Shown here: positions 1-12,245 of the stretch, one piece after another
Numbering within the stretch: position 1 is the stretch's first letter
Layout: each line of letters begins with the position of its first letter
Origin: Chrysomallon squamiferum
Taxonomy: Eukaryota > Animalia > Mollusca
Direction: 5' to 3'
Length of the DNA stretch: 64,000 bases
NCBI GenBank assembly: GCA_012295275.1
Contig: CM022671.1
Span: forward strand, 14,632,001 to 14,696,000
Made by a program: the position numbers and the translations under genes
Notes under the pieces: generated by a model
Seen by the model: only the letters and a program-made list of their open reading frames with translations
Told to the model about the DNA's origin: nothing
The model's database searches: none

Positions 1-884
1 TCTGAATAAACGTACATTCACTCTGTTGTACAGATTGTTAAAATATAGTTAACGCTTCAAAAATGTCAAACAAATGGAATTTCACAGTTTCAGCCTTTAA
101 ATTTTTGTTTAAAAGTGAGAAAAATACTTATAGAAAATACTCTGTTGTATTTAAATAAAAATTTAGAACTTGATGTTCTAATAGTAATTCATTCTTCTGT
201 ATATTTTATATTTTTGTCAGAATAAACCTTGTACCAAGAAGAAAAAAATTGTCGACTATTCATATATATAAATGTCTAGCTCTCCATTTATTGTGTTCTA
301 TCAATATATATGATCTTTTTATTAATCCATATAGAAATTGAAATTGCATAATGATTTGTGTTAAGACACATAATAATTTAGTCAAAGCAGAAACAGTGAG
401 AGTTTATCTGATTCAAAAAATCAAGAGATGCAAATTGTCCATATATGAGAATAAATAAGAAACTGTGTTTGTCCTCGTTTTGTTAGAAATATTTAAATAT
501 ATATATATATATATATATATCAGCTTGTCTGTGACTTGTTACTTCTGTTCTGTTTAAGTTTTAAAACATATCACTTGATATTGCATTAACATATTATATA
601 ATTGCTCTTTTAATAAATCATATAGTATCTTCTTTTTATTTTGTTGTAATTACTTAAATACATTTTAAAGATATTACATTGAGTATCTTTGAGCTGAAAA
701 TTTTAAAAGGTGAAGTGTTACACAAAATTTTGAGAACACAGATTTTGTGAAATTAAGTTACTTTAAATAAAGAAATATATATATATATAAGTATAAAATA
801 TATATACCTGTATATATATATTATACTTTAATGTATTTAAAAAAAAAATTAAAATTAAAAATATAAAAATTCTTAACATTTCAG

Positions 885-974
885 CAGAGATACCAGGTAA
901 ATGTCTTAATGGCATTCCTTGATTGTGTGTGTGGGAGTGGTGTCAGTGTAATCCAAGAAGAAACTCAGTTTTAA
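885..974 (+). CDS. Possible terminal coding exon of an upstream gene
   Basis: tttcag acceptor followed by an open 30-codon frame QRYQVNVLMAFLDCVCGSGVSVIQEETQF* in a locally GC-richer island; no homology recognised. Confidence 0.2.
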   Translation, partial: QRYQVNVLMAFLDCVCGSGVSVIQEETQF

Positions 975-1301
975 AAAAACCTAGACGTTGATGTCCGATT
1001 CTGCTTCTGACTTGATTTATGAATGGATGATAAATATTTCTGTTTTAAAAAACAACATTAATAATGAAAACGGTATGACAATTATAGCGTACACAGTTAC
1101 TTCAGCATGCACATAAACTATGGCTGTACACCATTTCTACCAGTTAAATCAGTTGACATCTTTGCACGAACATGTAAAATAATGTTTATGTTAATCATCA
1201 AACTGTGACGATCGCGTAGTTGCTAAGCAGGATAAATCTAATGCGGAAAGATCCTGTTCGAGGAAACTGAACTGTTTGTGTCAATGAAAAAGATATGATA
1301 T

Positions 1302-1349
1302 GGGTTTTTCCCCCCCACAAAAAAAAAAAAAAAAAAATGTGTGGAAGTG
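1302..1349. promoter_or_regulatory. Candidate kB/Rel and ETS sites upstream of the IL-17R-like gene
   Basis: GGGTTTTTCCC (reverse strand GGGAAAAACCC, Dorsal/Rel-like) about 90 bp and GGAAGTG about 50 bp upstream of the ATG at 1397. Short motifs that could be chance. Confidence 0.3.
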
Positions 1350-1396
1350 TTCCGTTTAAGAAAAAGAAAAGAACAAGAAAGCAGACGTGAGCGAAT

Positions 1397-2726
1397 ATGT
1401 TCCCAGTCGGTATGGTTTGGATCTTATTTGTTGTATGGAGTTTGTTAACACTTGTAAGAACGAGAAAATTTATTACGTGTAAAGACTCTGCTTGTCAAGT
1501 AAGTTCGTTTCGATCTACAAAAGCTTCGGAGAAATATAAAAATTTGATCATATAATGACTATTCTGGATATCTGAACAAACGTTACTCTTTCCATAGCAA
1601 TAATTTCAATATATATTTATATATATTTTATTTATTTTTTATTTTTATTTTTTTTTATTTTTTTTATTTTAAGTCATATTTAACTAAGCTGGTTTCCTGT
1701 TTCTTTATTTAGCCACGATAAGCATTGCTAACGACAACAGTATACATGCAGCGAATGTATTCAGCCCGTTCAGTTGCCGGTTAATCCAGACTTTCGAATA
1801 TTTTATAAATTGTTGATTTATTTTAAAAGTGCCAGTTTATTAATTTTTATTTATTTTTTTATTATTATTATTTTTTTTTTTTAATTTGATAATTAAATTT
1901 TCCTATAAAGAGAACTAAAATATTTATATTAAATAAATAAAATAAAGTTCCTGTAACCAAAAATAAACAAACGTTATGCACTAGCTGTTCCTATACAGGT
2001 CGCTTTGACCGTACGACACAAATACGGGGGTCCCCGGGGGGGGGGGGTCCGCGGCAATTTTTACTGTTATTTATTTTTATTATTTATTATTATTTTTTTA
2101 CCTTCTGCTGCTGTTTGAATTATTCTTAATTCACTTATGTAGTCTAAAATTACAAACTTACGTACTATGCATCATGTTATAGTCTAACTATTAATATCTG
2201 TTTTTATCTTCTTAATACAAGTTTATTTGCATGTATAGAAAGTTAAAAGCAATTAATTAAACTCCGTATATTAATAATGTAATTAATGTTTTGATTTATT
2301 TGTAGAACAAAACCTGTAAAAAAGATGTTCTTCGTAAAGACGGTACGTAATCAATAACATTAATTTTAGTTTTTAATCTTCTTAAATTCTGTCACATATA
2401 TCTCAGGGAGGTGTCACAATACATCGCAGTGTTATTAAACGAAATAATCGCATTAGTTAATTCCTATCTCCAACAGGTGGTGATCCAGAAAACAAAAACA
2501 TGAAGAGAAAGAAATTAATTTTTTTGTTGCTGTTTTATCATGTTTTGACTTGACCAGAGTATTTTGCAGAAACAGTCTACACTAGTATATTTAGTTACAT
2601 TTGTGAATATCTTTTAACAGATCACCATTTTAATGTGTGTGTGTGTGTGTGGTTATATTTTACTGTTTATTTATATTAATATTTATATTTATTGCTATTT
2701 TTCTTTTTATTTAATTTTTTACATTT

Positions 2727-2811
<85 letters not shown>

Positions 2812-3438
2812 ATGCATATGTACTAAGTAAAAAGAGATTATAATTTATACATACTTGTTGTGTTTTTAGACTGCATAAAGCAGAAAGTTCCAGAATATTT
2901 CGGCGCTGATCGGCTGAAATTTACATTGTCAGTATCATTTCACAAAAGAAGATTACTGAAATTTAAATGGCGCAGGTTAAAAGGAAAATACCTCAAAACA
3001 CAAAGACAGGGTAAAGAAAAAAAAAAAAATCACTTTTTAACTTTTTTATTTTTTTATTCAATTCAATTTTTTTTTTTATTTATCATATTTGTTTGTTTTA
3101 TATGTATATAGTATAATATAATAATAATTATGTTGTATGAAAGCATATCCCCAGATAATGTGTACAAATACAGTTGTATTTTATTTAGGAAGTACAAAGG
3201 TGTATGTACTGATGCTGCTGTTTTATGACTCTCATGGAGAAGAGGTAACACAAAGTCGAAGGTGTTACATTGTTGAAGTTGACAGCAGAAGACGACAGCA
3301 GGTTGGTTCTTTACAAATGTTACAAGTTTTTGTTGTTTTACTGCTGAGCATTTTTGTTTTAAGAATTATATCTTATGAAGTGAAGTTTAACAGAGTATGA
3401 AAAATTCTCACATCCTATCCTGTCTGTTGTTTTCTGTC

Positions 3439-3482
<44 letters not shown>

Positions 3483-3780
3483 CTGTTTGTATTTATGCAT
3501 ACAGGTATCTGTGGATGTGGGTGTGTGTGTGTGTGTGTTGTGTGTGTGTGTGTGTGTTTGTAGTTGTGTGGTTAATGGGTGTTTTGTGTGGTGTGTGTGT
3601 GTGGGTGTGAATATATGGTGTGTGTTTCTGTTTGTAAGATCCAGGGATCCCTGACATGTCAGATGTACAGACAGTTTGTGTGTGTGACATTTGTATTTAT
3701 GCATATAGGTATCTGTGTGTGTGTGTGTGTATGTGTGTTGTGTTTCTGTTTGTACAAGACAGAACCAGAAGATGAAACAT

Positions 3781-3812
<32 letters not shown>

Positions 3813-6800
3813 ACAAGTTTGTGTGTGTTTCTTTTGTAAACATCCAGGTAAGATTTTCTTGTGTTTCTTTTACATTTAGCATACAGGTATTTGTGTGTGT
3901 GTGTGTGTGTTTGAAATGAGGCAAAAACTGACATCTTTTTGATTGCATAGATGTCAGTAGACTTCAGACAGTAACTGTAGACATAAACAAATTCATTCTA
4001 CTGGAATAGAGATTTATATATTAAAGTTTCTAAATAAAATCTATGTATAGAAAAAAAAAAAAAAAGTAAATTTTCAGTTCTGGTATGAGGCATTTGCCTC
4101 AATGGATTATGGCCATGTTATATACATACATTATATATCTATATATCTATATCTGTTCCATTTATTCAACCATCTATCTACCTATCTGTCTATCTATAAA
4201 CATATACATATACATACATACATTATATATCAAACACACACACATGCATTCAGATGCATACATCTGTCATTATAAATATACATATACACACACATACACA
4301 CATGCATACATACATACATACTTACATATATATATATATATATATACATATCCATACACACACACACACACACATACATACATACATACACACAAACATA
4401 AGTAATATATGGATCAAAATATTTTTAACATAATTATTTCTAATTTAATTATATAAAATTAAAATTGAATAACTTCTAATTTCTTTATTGTGTCAGATCT
4501 TTCTAATATAAAATTTTGAGAGAAAAATTCAATATTTAATGCGTGTTTTCTGTGTGTTTTATCTTATTTTCTTCTTCTTCTTTATTTTTATTGTTTTTTA
4601 TTTTTAAATTTTTAATTTCTTTCTTTCTTTCTTTCTGTCTGTCTTTCTTTCTTTCTTTCTTTATTTATTTATTATTTAAACATACATTTTTTTACACTGG
4701 TAAAAATTGTAAATGAAGCAGTTTCTGACTGGAACATGGAAAGTTAATGAATTAATCCCTGGCGCAATTCTTCCAGCACAGTGGACAGAGGGAAGCAAGT
4801 ACATAATTATTTGCCCTGTTTTTTTTTTATTTAAATAACTGTATTTCAGGAAGCAGCCAAGTGTCAACAGCAGAAACGACAACAGCAGCATCAATCAGAA
4901 GCTGTAGTTCTTGGAAGCCAGAGAACTTTCATGCTGAACCAGATTTCCAGAGAAGAAGTGTCACAGTGAACTGGAAAACATTGAACACTGACATAAACGT
5001 TGAAGTTGGTCTCATGTCAGCGGACAATCCAGACTCCTTTCCACTGTCTTCAGCAACTCTTCATGGTCAGTTTTTATCATGAAATAAACACTTGTATTTA
5101 ATTCATCTTAAAACATAATGAACGGGATTACGTTTAAACATTTATATTTAATTCATTTTAAAACATAATGAATGGGATTACGTTTAAATCATTTATATTT
5201 AATTCATTTTAAAACTTAATGAAGAGGATTATGTTTAAACATTTATATTTAATTCATTTTAAAACTTAATGAACGGGATTACGTTTAAACATTTGTATTT
5301 AATTCATTTTAAACCTGAATGATGAGATTACATTTTGAAAATGATTTTTTTAAAGTTTTTTCTATGTGAATGCTTTAGTAGGATGTAAAATAAGTTAATA
5401 ATCTGGAGTCAGTTTACTACATTAAATAATGTCTTGTTATGAGGATATACACATTTTTTTTTTAAATTATTATATTTTTAAATTTTTGTTTAAATTAAGA
5501 GAAACATTGTTATAAATAATTATCAAATTTGTTCCCTTCTTGAATGTGTTGAAATGATGTGGAAGTACAGTAAACACAGCTTAACTTAAACAAGGGAGGC
5601 ATCTGCCCCCACAAATTCAGACAAATTGGTGGGGCGAATTCTAGCAAGGCAAGAAAAAAAACAAAAATTTATTTCTAGTTGTATGTTGTGTGATTTGTGT
5701 TAACTGTTTGTATTCAGTTGATAAAAAACCTCTGTGTGTGTGTGTGTGGAAATAGCTACTTATGTTTTGGGCCATAGTTACGCATATGCAGTGAAATGAT
5801 ATACAACATGCATTACAAATACTGTTTATTCTGTTTTTTCAGTCTTTAGCCATGTTAAAGTATAATGGATGCAAGTTCAGTATTTACAGTCGCTGTTTGA
5901 TTTTATTGCAGGATGTCTCCTCTCTGTCTGTGACCTTTCAGAACATTTCAGATGGAAACTACAGGGCAGTGGTAACAGATTTTAAATTCCACAAATGAAT
6001 ATTACCAAATATTACCATTTTAAATTATATTAAAGTGTATAATTTGAAAAAACAAAATAAATAAGTTAAAATATTTAGTACTTAACCTTCAGATTTAAGA
6101 TGAAATTTGTAAAAACATTCACACATATATACACACACACATATATATATAAAGTATTACAAATAAGACCACAACTTCTTTAATAATAATTGTCAAATTA
6201 AAAAATATGTTAATTAAGAATAAAGCTTATAATAATGTAAAAAAAAGAAAAAAAAGAAAAGGAAATTTAAAATTAATATGTATCATATATTTAGTATGTT
6301 TCATTTAAAATATAAAAGAGTAGCTTGTGTTCACATTGTAAATGTTGTTTCCATAAATTAGCCACTTTCTTAATTTTATTATACTGGGAAATTACTTTTC
6401 TATGTGTTTTACATCCATAATGGAAAACTGAAAATGTACTTACTATATTGTCAACAAATAAAATATTATTAAGCCAGCATGAGGGATGGTTTCATCTGTG
6501 TATGCAAAGTTTCTTTTTCCTTTAATAGGAAATAAAAATTGTTTTGAGTAAAAGTGGAAAATAATATTAAATTAATAGATTAATTAACACATTTACATGC
6601 ATTTTTTTGATTATTATTATTACTATTTTGTTGTTGTTGACATTTTCTTTTGGGTTTTTTTGACATAAATATTTACTTTAATTCCAAAGTCACAATAATG
6701 GTTTCATTACTAAGCTTCATTTGCTCTAAAATTACTGACAGTCACTAGCTTTATAAAGCAATAGAACTATCCAACTTCACTTAATTAGTCCCAAAAATAT

Positions 6801-7035
6801 CATTTGCCATGGTTATGTGTCTGTGCCTGCAATGTAGTTACTGGTGAATAGTTAGACTGTCATTGTAAATGTGTTAAATGTTGTTGGTTTGACTCAGGAT
6901 TTTTTAATGTAAAAAAATGTACCTTGGCTCAAAAAAAGGTTGAAAAACACAGTTATAAAGTCTCAAGTATCAACAACTTACTTCTGGAAATACATTAAAA
7001 ATGATAATTGTCTGATTATAAAAGTTTAAAAAAAA

Positions 7036-7078
<43 letters not shown>

Positions 7079-7837
7079 TTATTCTGTCTAGATTCGCCCA
7101 TCTTGGGTGCATGGACTGTGACTATGGTGAATATTACGACCAGCCTTGTGAAGTCAGCTACACTTCCACAGACATCTTCACCTTCACTGTACAACATGGT
7201 ATTTACTGAAAGTTTATGATTTATCATTCATTTCATACCAGTTTATCTACAGGGGTGTCGACATTTCAAATCTCAAAGATTTTTTTTAAAAAAAAAACAT
7301 TAACGAAAATTAAATAGATTAATATTAATTTTATGCTAGATAATTTTCATTTGTAGATAAAATATGAATATATTAAAAATCTGTTTAGATAAATAAACTT
7401 ATGTCATAACTTTAGTTTCATCAGTAATCAAAATTTCTGACAGGGTTATTTCAAGTTTTATTTGTTTTATTTATTACACTATTGGTCAGTTTTAATTGCA
7501 GATTGTATTAAAAATTTTCCAGAACAAACAAGTCGTGTAAAACCTGTGGTTGAGGTTCAAACAAGGAAGAATACAAATTCTGGCTTGTTGTTGTGGTTGT
7601 TACTAGGCGTGTCATTGTCTTTCTGTTTACTTATATCCTGTGTGATTTACAGATATAAAAATAATCAACACAAACAGATAGCAGGTAATAATGAACATTT
7701 GTTTGAAACAAAACAAAATATCATAAATTTACACATTAGCTATATTCAAAGTATTAATGCAGAATACGAAATCATCTTTTATCTTAATATGCCAATTTCA
7801 TTTACACACATGTATGCCCACTATACACATGCATTCT

Positions 7838-7880
<43 letters not shown>

Positions 7881-8805
7881 TGCACACACACACACTGTTT
7901 GCATACTCTAAAGTATGTTCATATGAAACACTCACTTTATTGACAATGTTTGTATTTGTTATATAAAAACTGTTTGTATTCTATTAGAGAATGAATTTTT
8001 TATATGTTAGAAGCACACTAACCATATGCAATATGCGAAATAATGAGCTAGTACTAGACATATCTTATTGTGAATAACTTTTTATAATTGTGTTCACAGA
8101 AGTTACTATTAGCATGATGAGTCGAGTGTAATACACAGAACTGTTTTTGTGTTTTCAGGCTGGAAGAGAAAGTTTTCTAGAACACAGAGAGTGGTGCTTG
8201 TTTACTGCAGTGACTGTGAGGAACATCTAGAGGCAGTTTTACAGCTGGTCAAACTACTGAAGAAAATGGTCAGTGAGGTCATCTACCCAGACGATCCTAA
8301 TCTGCTGTCTGCAGTTAAAGAGAACACAGTGCTGTGGGCTGACAATCAGGCGAGGTGCGACTACAACACTGTCTTTGTCATCGTCTACTCACAGCTGCTA
8401 CATCAGCTGTACAAGGCGATGTCGGCTGATGAGAACACGTTCAGAATCATTTCCAACAACAACCCTGATCCTTTCAAAGACATCGCTCCTCACCTTTTAC
8501 AGAACCTGAAGACAAAACACAACGTCATTCTTGTTAATCTGGGATACAGGCAGACCTCTCCTGCCAGTGCTTTACACAGTATTTCTTGCAAACATTTTGT
8601 TCTGACCAAAGACAGTTCTAGTGCTGGCAGCAGAAAAAGACAAATGACAATAGAAGAATTATTAACTTGGTTTGGTGTTTCTGGAGGAAAGAACAGTTTT
8701 GTGGACTCTGAAGAAGAAAAGTGTTTCTGTGAGAGTGTAGACAGAGTGCATCAGTTTATGGAAAATAATCCACAGTGGTTTGAACACACATTTCTCAATC
8801 CGTGA
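1397..8805 (+). CDS. Interleukin-17 receptor-like (IL17RD/RA-like) SEFIR-domain transmembrane receptor
   Basis: Exons: 1397-1498 (signal peptide MFPVGMVWILFVVWSLLTLVRT), 2306-2342, 2870-3010, 3189-3300, [uncertain exon(s) 3640-4795], 4850-5066, [5843-5859?], 5912-5971 (DVSSLSVTFQNISDGNYRAV, FN3-like), 7092-7198, 7502/7523-7684 (TM LLLWLLLGVSLSFCLLISCVIY), 8159-8805. The last exon has SEFIR box 1 (RVVLVYCSDCEEHLEAVLQLVKLL) and the C-terminal HQFMENNPQWFE motif resembling IL17RD MHQFIDEEPDWFE. Confidence 0.85.
2730..2806. repeat. (CT)n microsatellite
   Basis: Pure CT dinucleotide run. Confidence 0.95.
3420..3910. repeat. Compound (GT)n microsatellite array with recurring spacer
   Basis: Several GT runs separated by related spacers such as ttctgtttgta / tttatgcata(c/t)aggtat. 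Confidence 0.85.
5085..5335. repeat. ~50-bp minisatellite, ~5 copies
   Basis: Unit taaacatttatatttaattcattttaaaacataatgaacgggattacgtt repeated with few substitutions. Confidence 0.9.
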
Positions 8806-10014
8806 ATAATAGGACAATAAAAGAAGTTGCTCAATATAACAAATATTTTCAAACATGCCTGGATCATTGCTATTATTTACATGTCATTATTTAAATTCAA
8901 TTTTCTGGTTACAACAAATGTTTGCTGAAAACGTGAAAATATCCAGCTTAATTTTATTGAATAAAATTCCAGAACAGACATTTTCATTTCAGATATCTGC
9001 ATTCATTTACATTAAACATTTTTGTTGTGGGAGTGTTTACATGCCCCCAGATCCACCAAGTAATTCTGGTCAGTTACACGCCTCCATATACATTTCTGCA
9101 TATGAATGTCATGTGTTTGTGTGTTTGTGTTTTTATGTATTTACAGGCCTATGTATCGACCATCACTAATTCAGCATCAGTGTGACCTGCAGGCTAACTA
9201 AGGTGGTTGTATTCAGATACACGTTAATAATTCACCACTAAACACTACTGCCAACTGTTTACCTTTTGTTTTACAGACAACGGCCACTGCTTTCACTTTA
9301 CACTGGAAGAAGCATTTTCTTTATTCACTGAAAACTGCAACTAGATTAAAAGTTAGCTTTTAACAACAAATGGAGAAAAATAATTTGGGGTGCCTGTGAT
9401 GCCAACAGCATTTAGGCTGATAAAGGGCTGTTAAAGATTAGTGAAAAAGTTCATATGAAAACCCAGGAAATTTGAAAAACGTTAGCCAAAATTAGTGCTG
9501 GATCACTGATGGAATGGACTAGTGATGCCAGATCACTGATGGTCAACCTGTAGATCTGAATATTGTATGAATATCCAGTAACAGTTACTTCTGCATTTAA
9601 TTTTTATTTTTCACATGATCACTGGAATAATTACCATTAATGTTCATTATGATATATTATAAGTTATAACAGAATTACTTTATTTTGAGCTGTTTAAAAG
9701 TTTTAAAGTATGGAAGGTATTTGTTAAGAATATTATTGTTGTTTTGTTTTTATTAATTTTGTTTGTATATTCATGGAAGATTTATTTATTTATCCTTTTT
9801 TTTATTATTGTTGTTTTTTTCAGGGTTATTTTCTCTGTTGTTGTAATAAATGCAAATGTATGCTGCTTATAGAATATTTGGAATTATGATGCAATAATAA
9901 TAAATTTCAGTTTTAAAAACTTTTCCATTTGAGTTCATCTGTGCATGTTCTTACAGTTCAAGAATTTCGGTATTGTACAATTGATTTATAGAATTACAGT
10001 TTGAATTCTTAGAA

Positions 10015-10015
10015 A

Positions 10016-10108
<93 letters not shown>
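10015..10108. repeat. (GT)n(GA)n microsatellite
   Basis: Visible directly. Confidence 0.95.
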
Positions 10109-10111
<3 letters not shown>

Positions 10112-10242
10112 ATATATTAATTTAAATTAGGAAATCATTAAAAAAAAAAAAAAGATTCTGTACCTTCTGAAACATGATAAATATAATTATGAGAATAAAT
10201 TTAAGAAATCTGTGCATAGAAAACTTTCTGACTGGGGATAGC

Positions 10243-10492
10243 ATTTATTTACACATCAAGCGAAAAAAGATGAAATTTAATTAAAATAAGAAATCAGTGC
10301 TACGATTTCTCTGCAGTCATTTGTGTATGAACTGAGACATTTCAATTAACAGTCAATACAACGCACTGACAGACTCGGTGAAACGTGTAGAACCAGAAGA
10401 CATGTTTAAAATTTATAACAACTCGGTGGCTTTAAGGTTTCAGTCCATTTCTGTTGTTATTCAAATTCTGTTCCTGACTTCTTGACGTGTAA
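10243..10492 (+). repeat. Left arm of long inverted repeat
   Basis: Reverse complement of 14527-14786; 10263-10434 appears identical by eye. Confidence 0.95.
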
Positions 10493-10876
10493 AATATAAT
10501 AAAACGAAGGAAGAGACAGAGAGTAATTGAATGAGTTGGCAGCAGAACAGAATAAGAGGACTGAATGCACGTTAATATGTGGCAACCAGCGAGAATGAGC
10601 GGTAATGGGAAACATTAAGTAATTCTGTCTCTGAATTTGCAAATTCGGCGGGAATCGATAACAGTGGGCCTCTTTTCTTCATACCTGTCGTGTTTTCTTC
10701 ATCATCTCTCTCTTGGTGTATTTGTAACACTTTGTAACCTGCTTGCGCCTCGATCATTTCTTTCATCAGCAGATATCATGCTCCATCCTACCTTACACCG
10801 CTGTTAACTGTAATTACATAACACAGCTTGATTGTCATTAAGCTGTCAGACACCGTAATTTAGTGAACAGTTTCTC

Positions 10877-10983
<107 letters not shown>

Positions 10984-11202
10984 TTAATATGGTGAAAGAA
11001 TGGAAAATGGAATCTCCAAGCTTCTTTATTGTTTTATATTGTTATCAAAACTGACGCAATAAACTATCACTGGACAACAAATATTTTCGTACATATCGCC
11101 GCAGAGATGCAAACATAAAATGCTAGCTCCAACTTCTGAAACGAGCTTATCATATAAATAAAGAGTTTCATTTTATTAAGTAATTAAATATAATAATTAA
11201 AA

Positions 11203-11256
<54 letters not shown>

Positions 11257-12245
11257 AAGTAAGTAAATAAATAAATAAATACAAATGAATCAGTAATTAA
11301 AGATATTTAATATTGCTTTTAAAGTAAAAGAAAGCCAAACATAAAACTCTGATTATACCGCAAATGTATTTTTTTTTTTTTTTTTTTTTTACGACTGCAA
11401 TTTACCTTAAACAGATTAATTTCTGTTCTGCACGAACTTGGAGTATTAATTTGTACCTGGGATTAAATCTAGACTCTGCAGACACACTAAATAGTCTGGC
11501 ATGAATTGCTTATAATGATGGCCGCATTAACAAACTCTATTAAGCGGCTTACACGGAAACTGCCAACATGGGAAACTAAGCTAGACAAAATATGTTAGTT
11601 CCACCTCAGCGGCAGCAGTTTGTCGAGCATTATTGCAGTAGCGTGTTTAACGGTTGTGTATTTTCATTCTGCAATACCAATATTTTCGAACTGAGTGTTT
11701 ATTGATAATAAGACTTTAGTACAAGTGTGGAAATTCTGAAGATTCCTCTTTTGACGACTAAATTACATTGAAATTTTACTTTATTTATCAGTGGATAATA
11801 ATTTTGGGTTAGTAGCTAAAAGTTTCTTATGGCAATACGTTTTATTCTTTATGGACTAAAAATATAAGAACATTTTGCACATAAGTTATACCCCTGCTCG
11901 CATTTTCTTGTTTTGAACGAGAGAAGTAATCATGTTGAGATAATTAGTTTAAATAACTATGTTTTTACTTAAATGATATGGAACGGTGTAAAATTATTGT
12001 TGAATAAGAGAAAAGATGTTTTAAAAATTACTCAGTTGATTTATTTAACCAAAATTGTATATGCATGTCATTAATTACGTTACGTTTCAACTGTTGGCTT
12101 AGATGTAATTGTTTTTAAAATAATTTTATAAAAATAACTTTTACCTGACATTATCATTGTGTTATAAAGAACAGAAAAGATTAGTGGTTTGAAGTATGTG
12201 TCTTTCATACAACTAAATAAATAAATAAATAAATAAATAAACGCT

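Noticed and set aside
2026-2055. G-rich tract as a possible G-quadruplex or element end
   Set aside because: Mostly a homopolymer run with no supporting context.
2633-4405. ORFs rich in CV/HT/SL/YI repeats (also at 10863, 14327, 17808, 18366, 59412 and others)
   Set aside because: They are translations of microsatellites and AT-rich low-complexity sequence.
5085-5335. Regularly spaced repeat resembling a CRISPR array
   Set aside because: Head-to-tail minisatellite with no unique spacers, in a eukaryotic intron with no cas genes.
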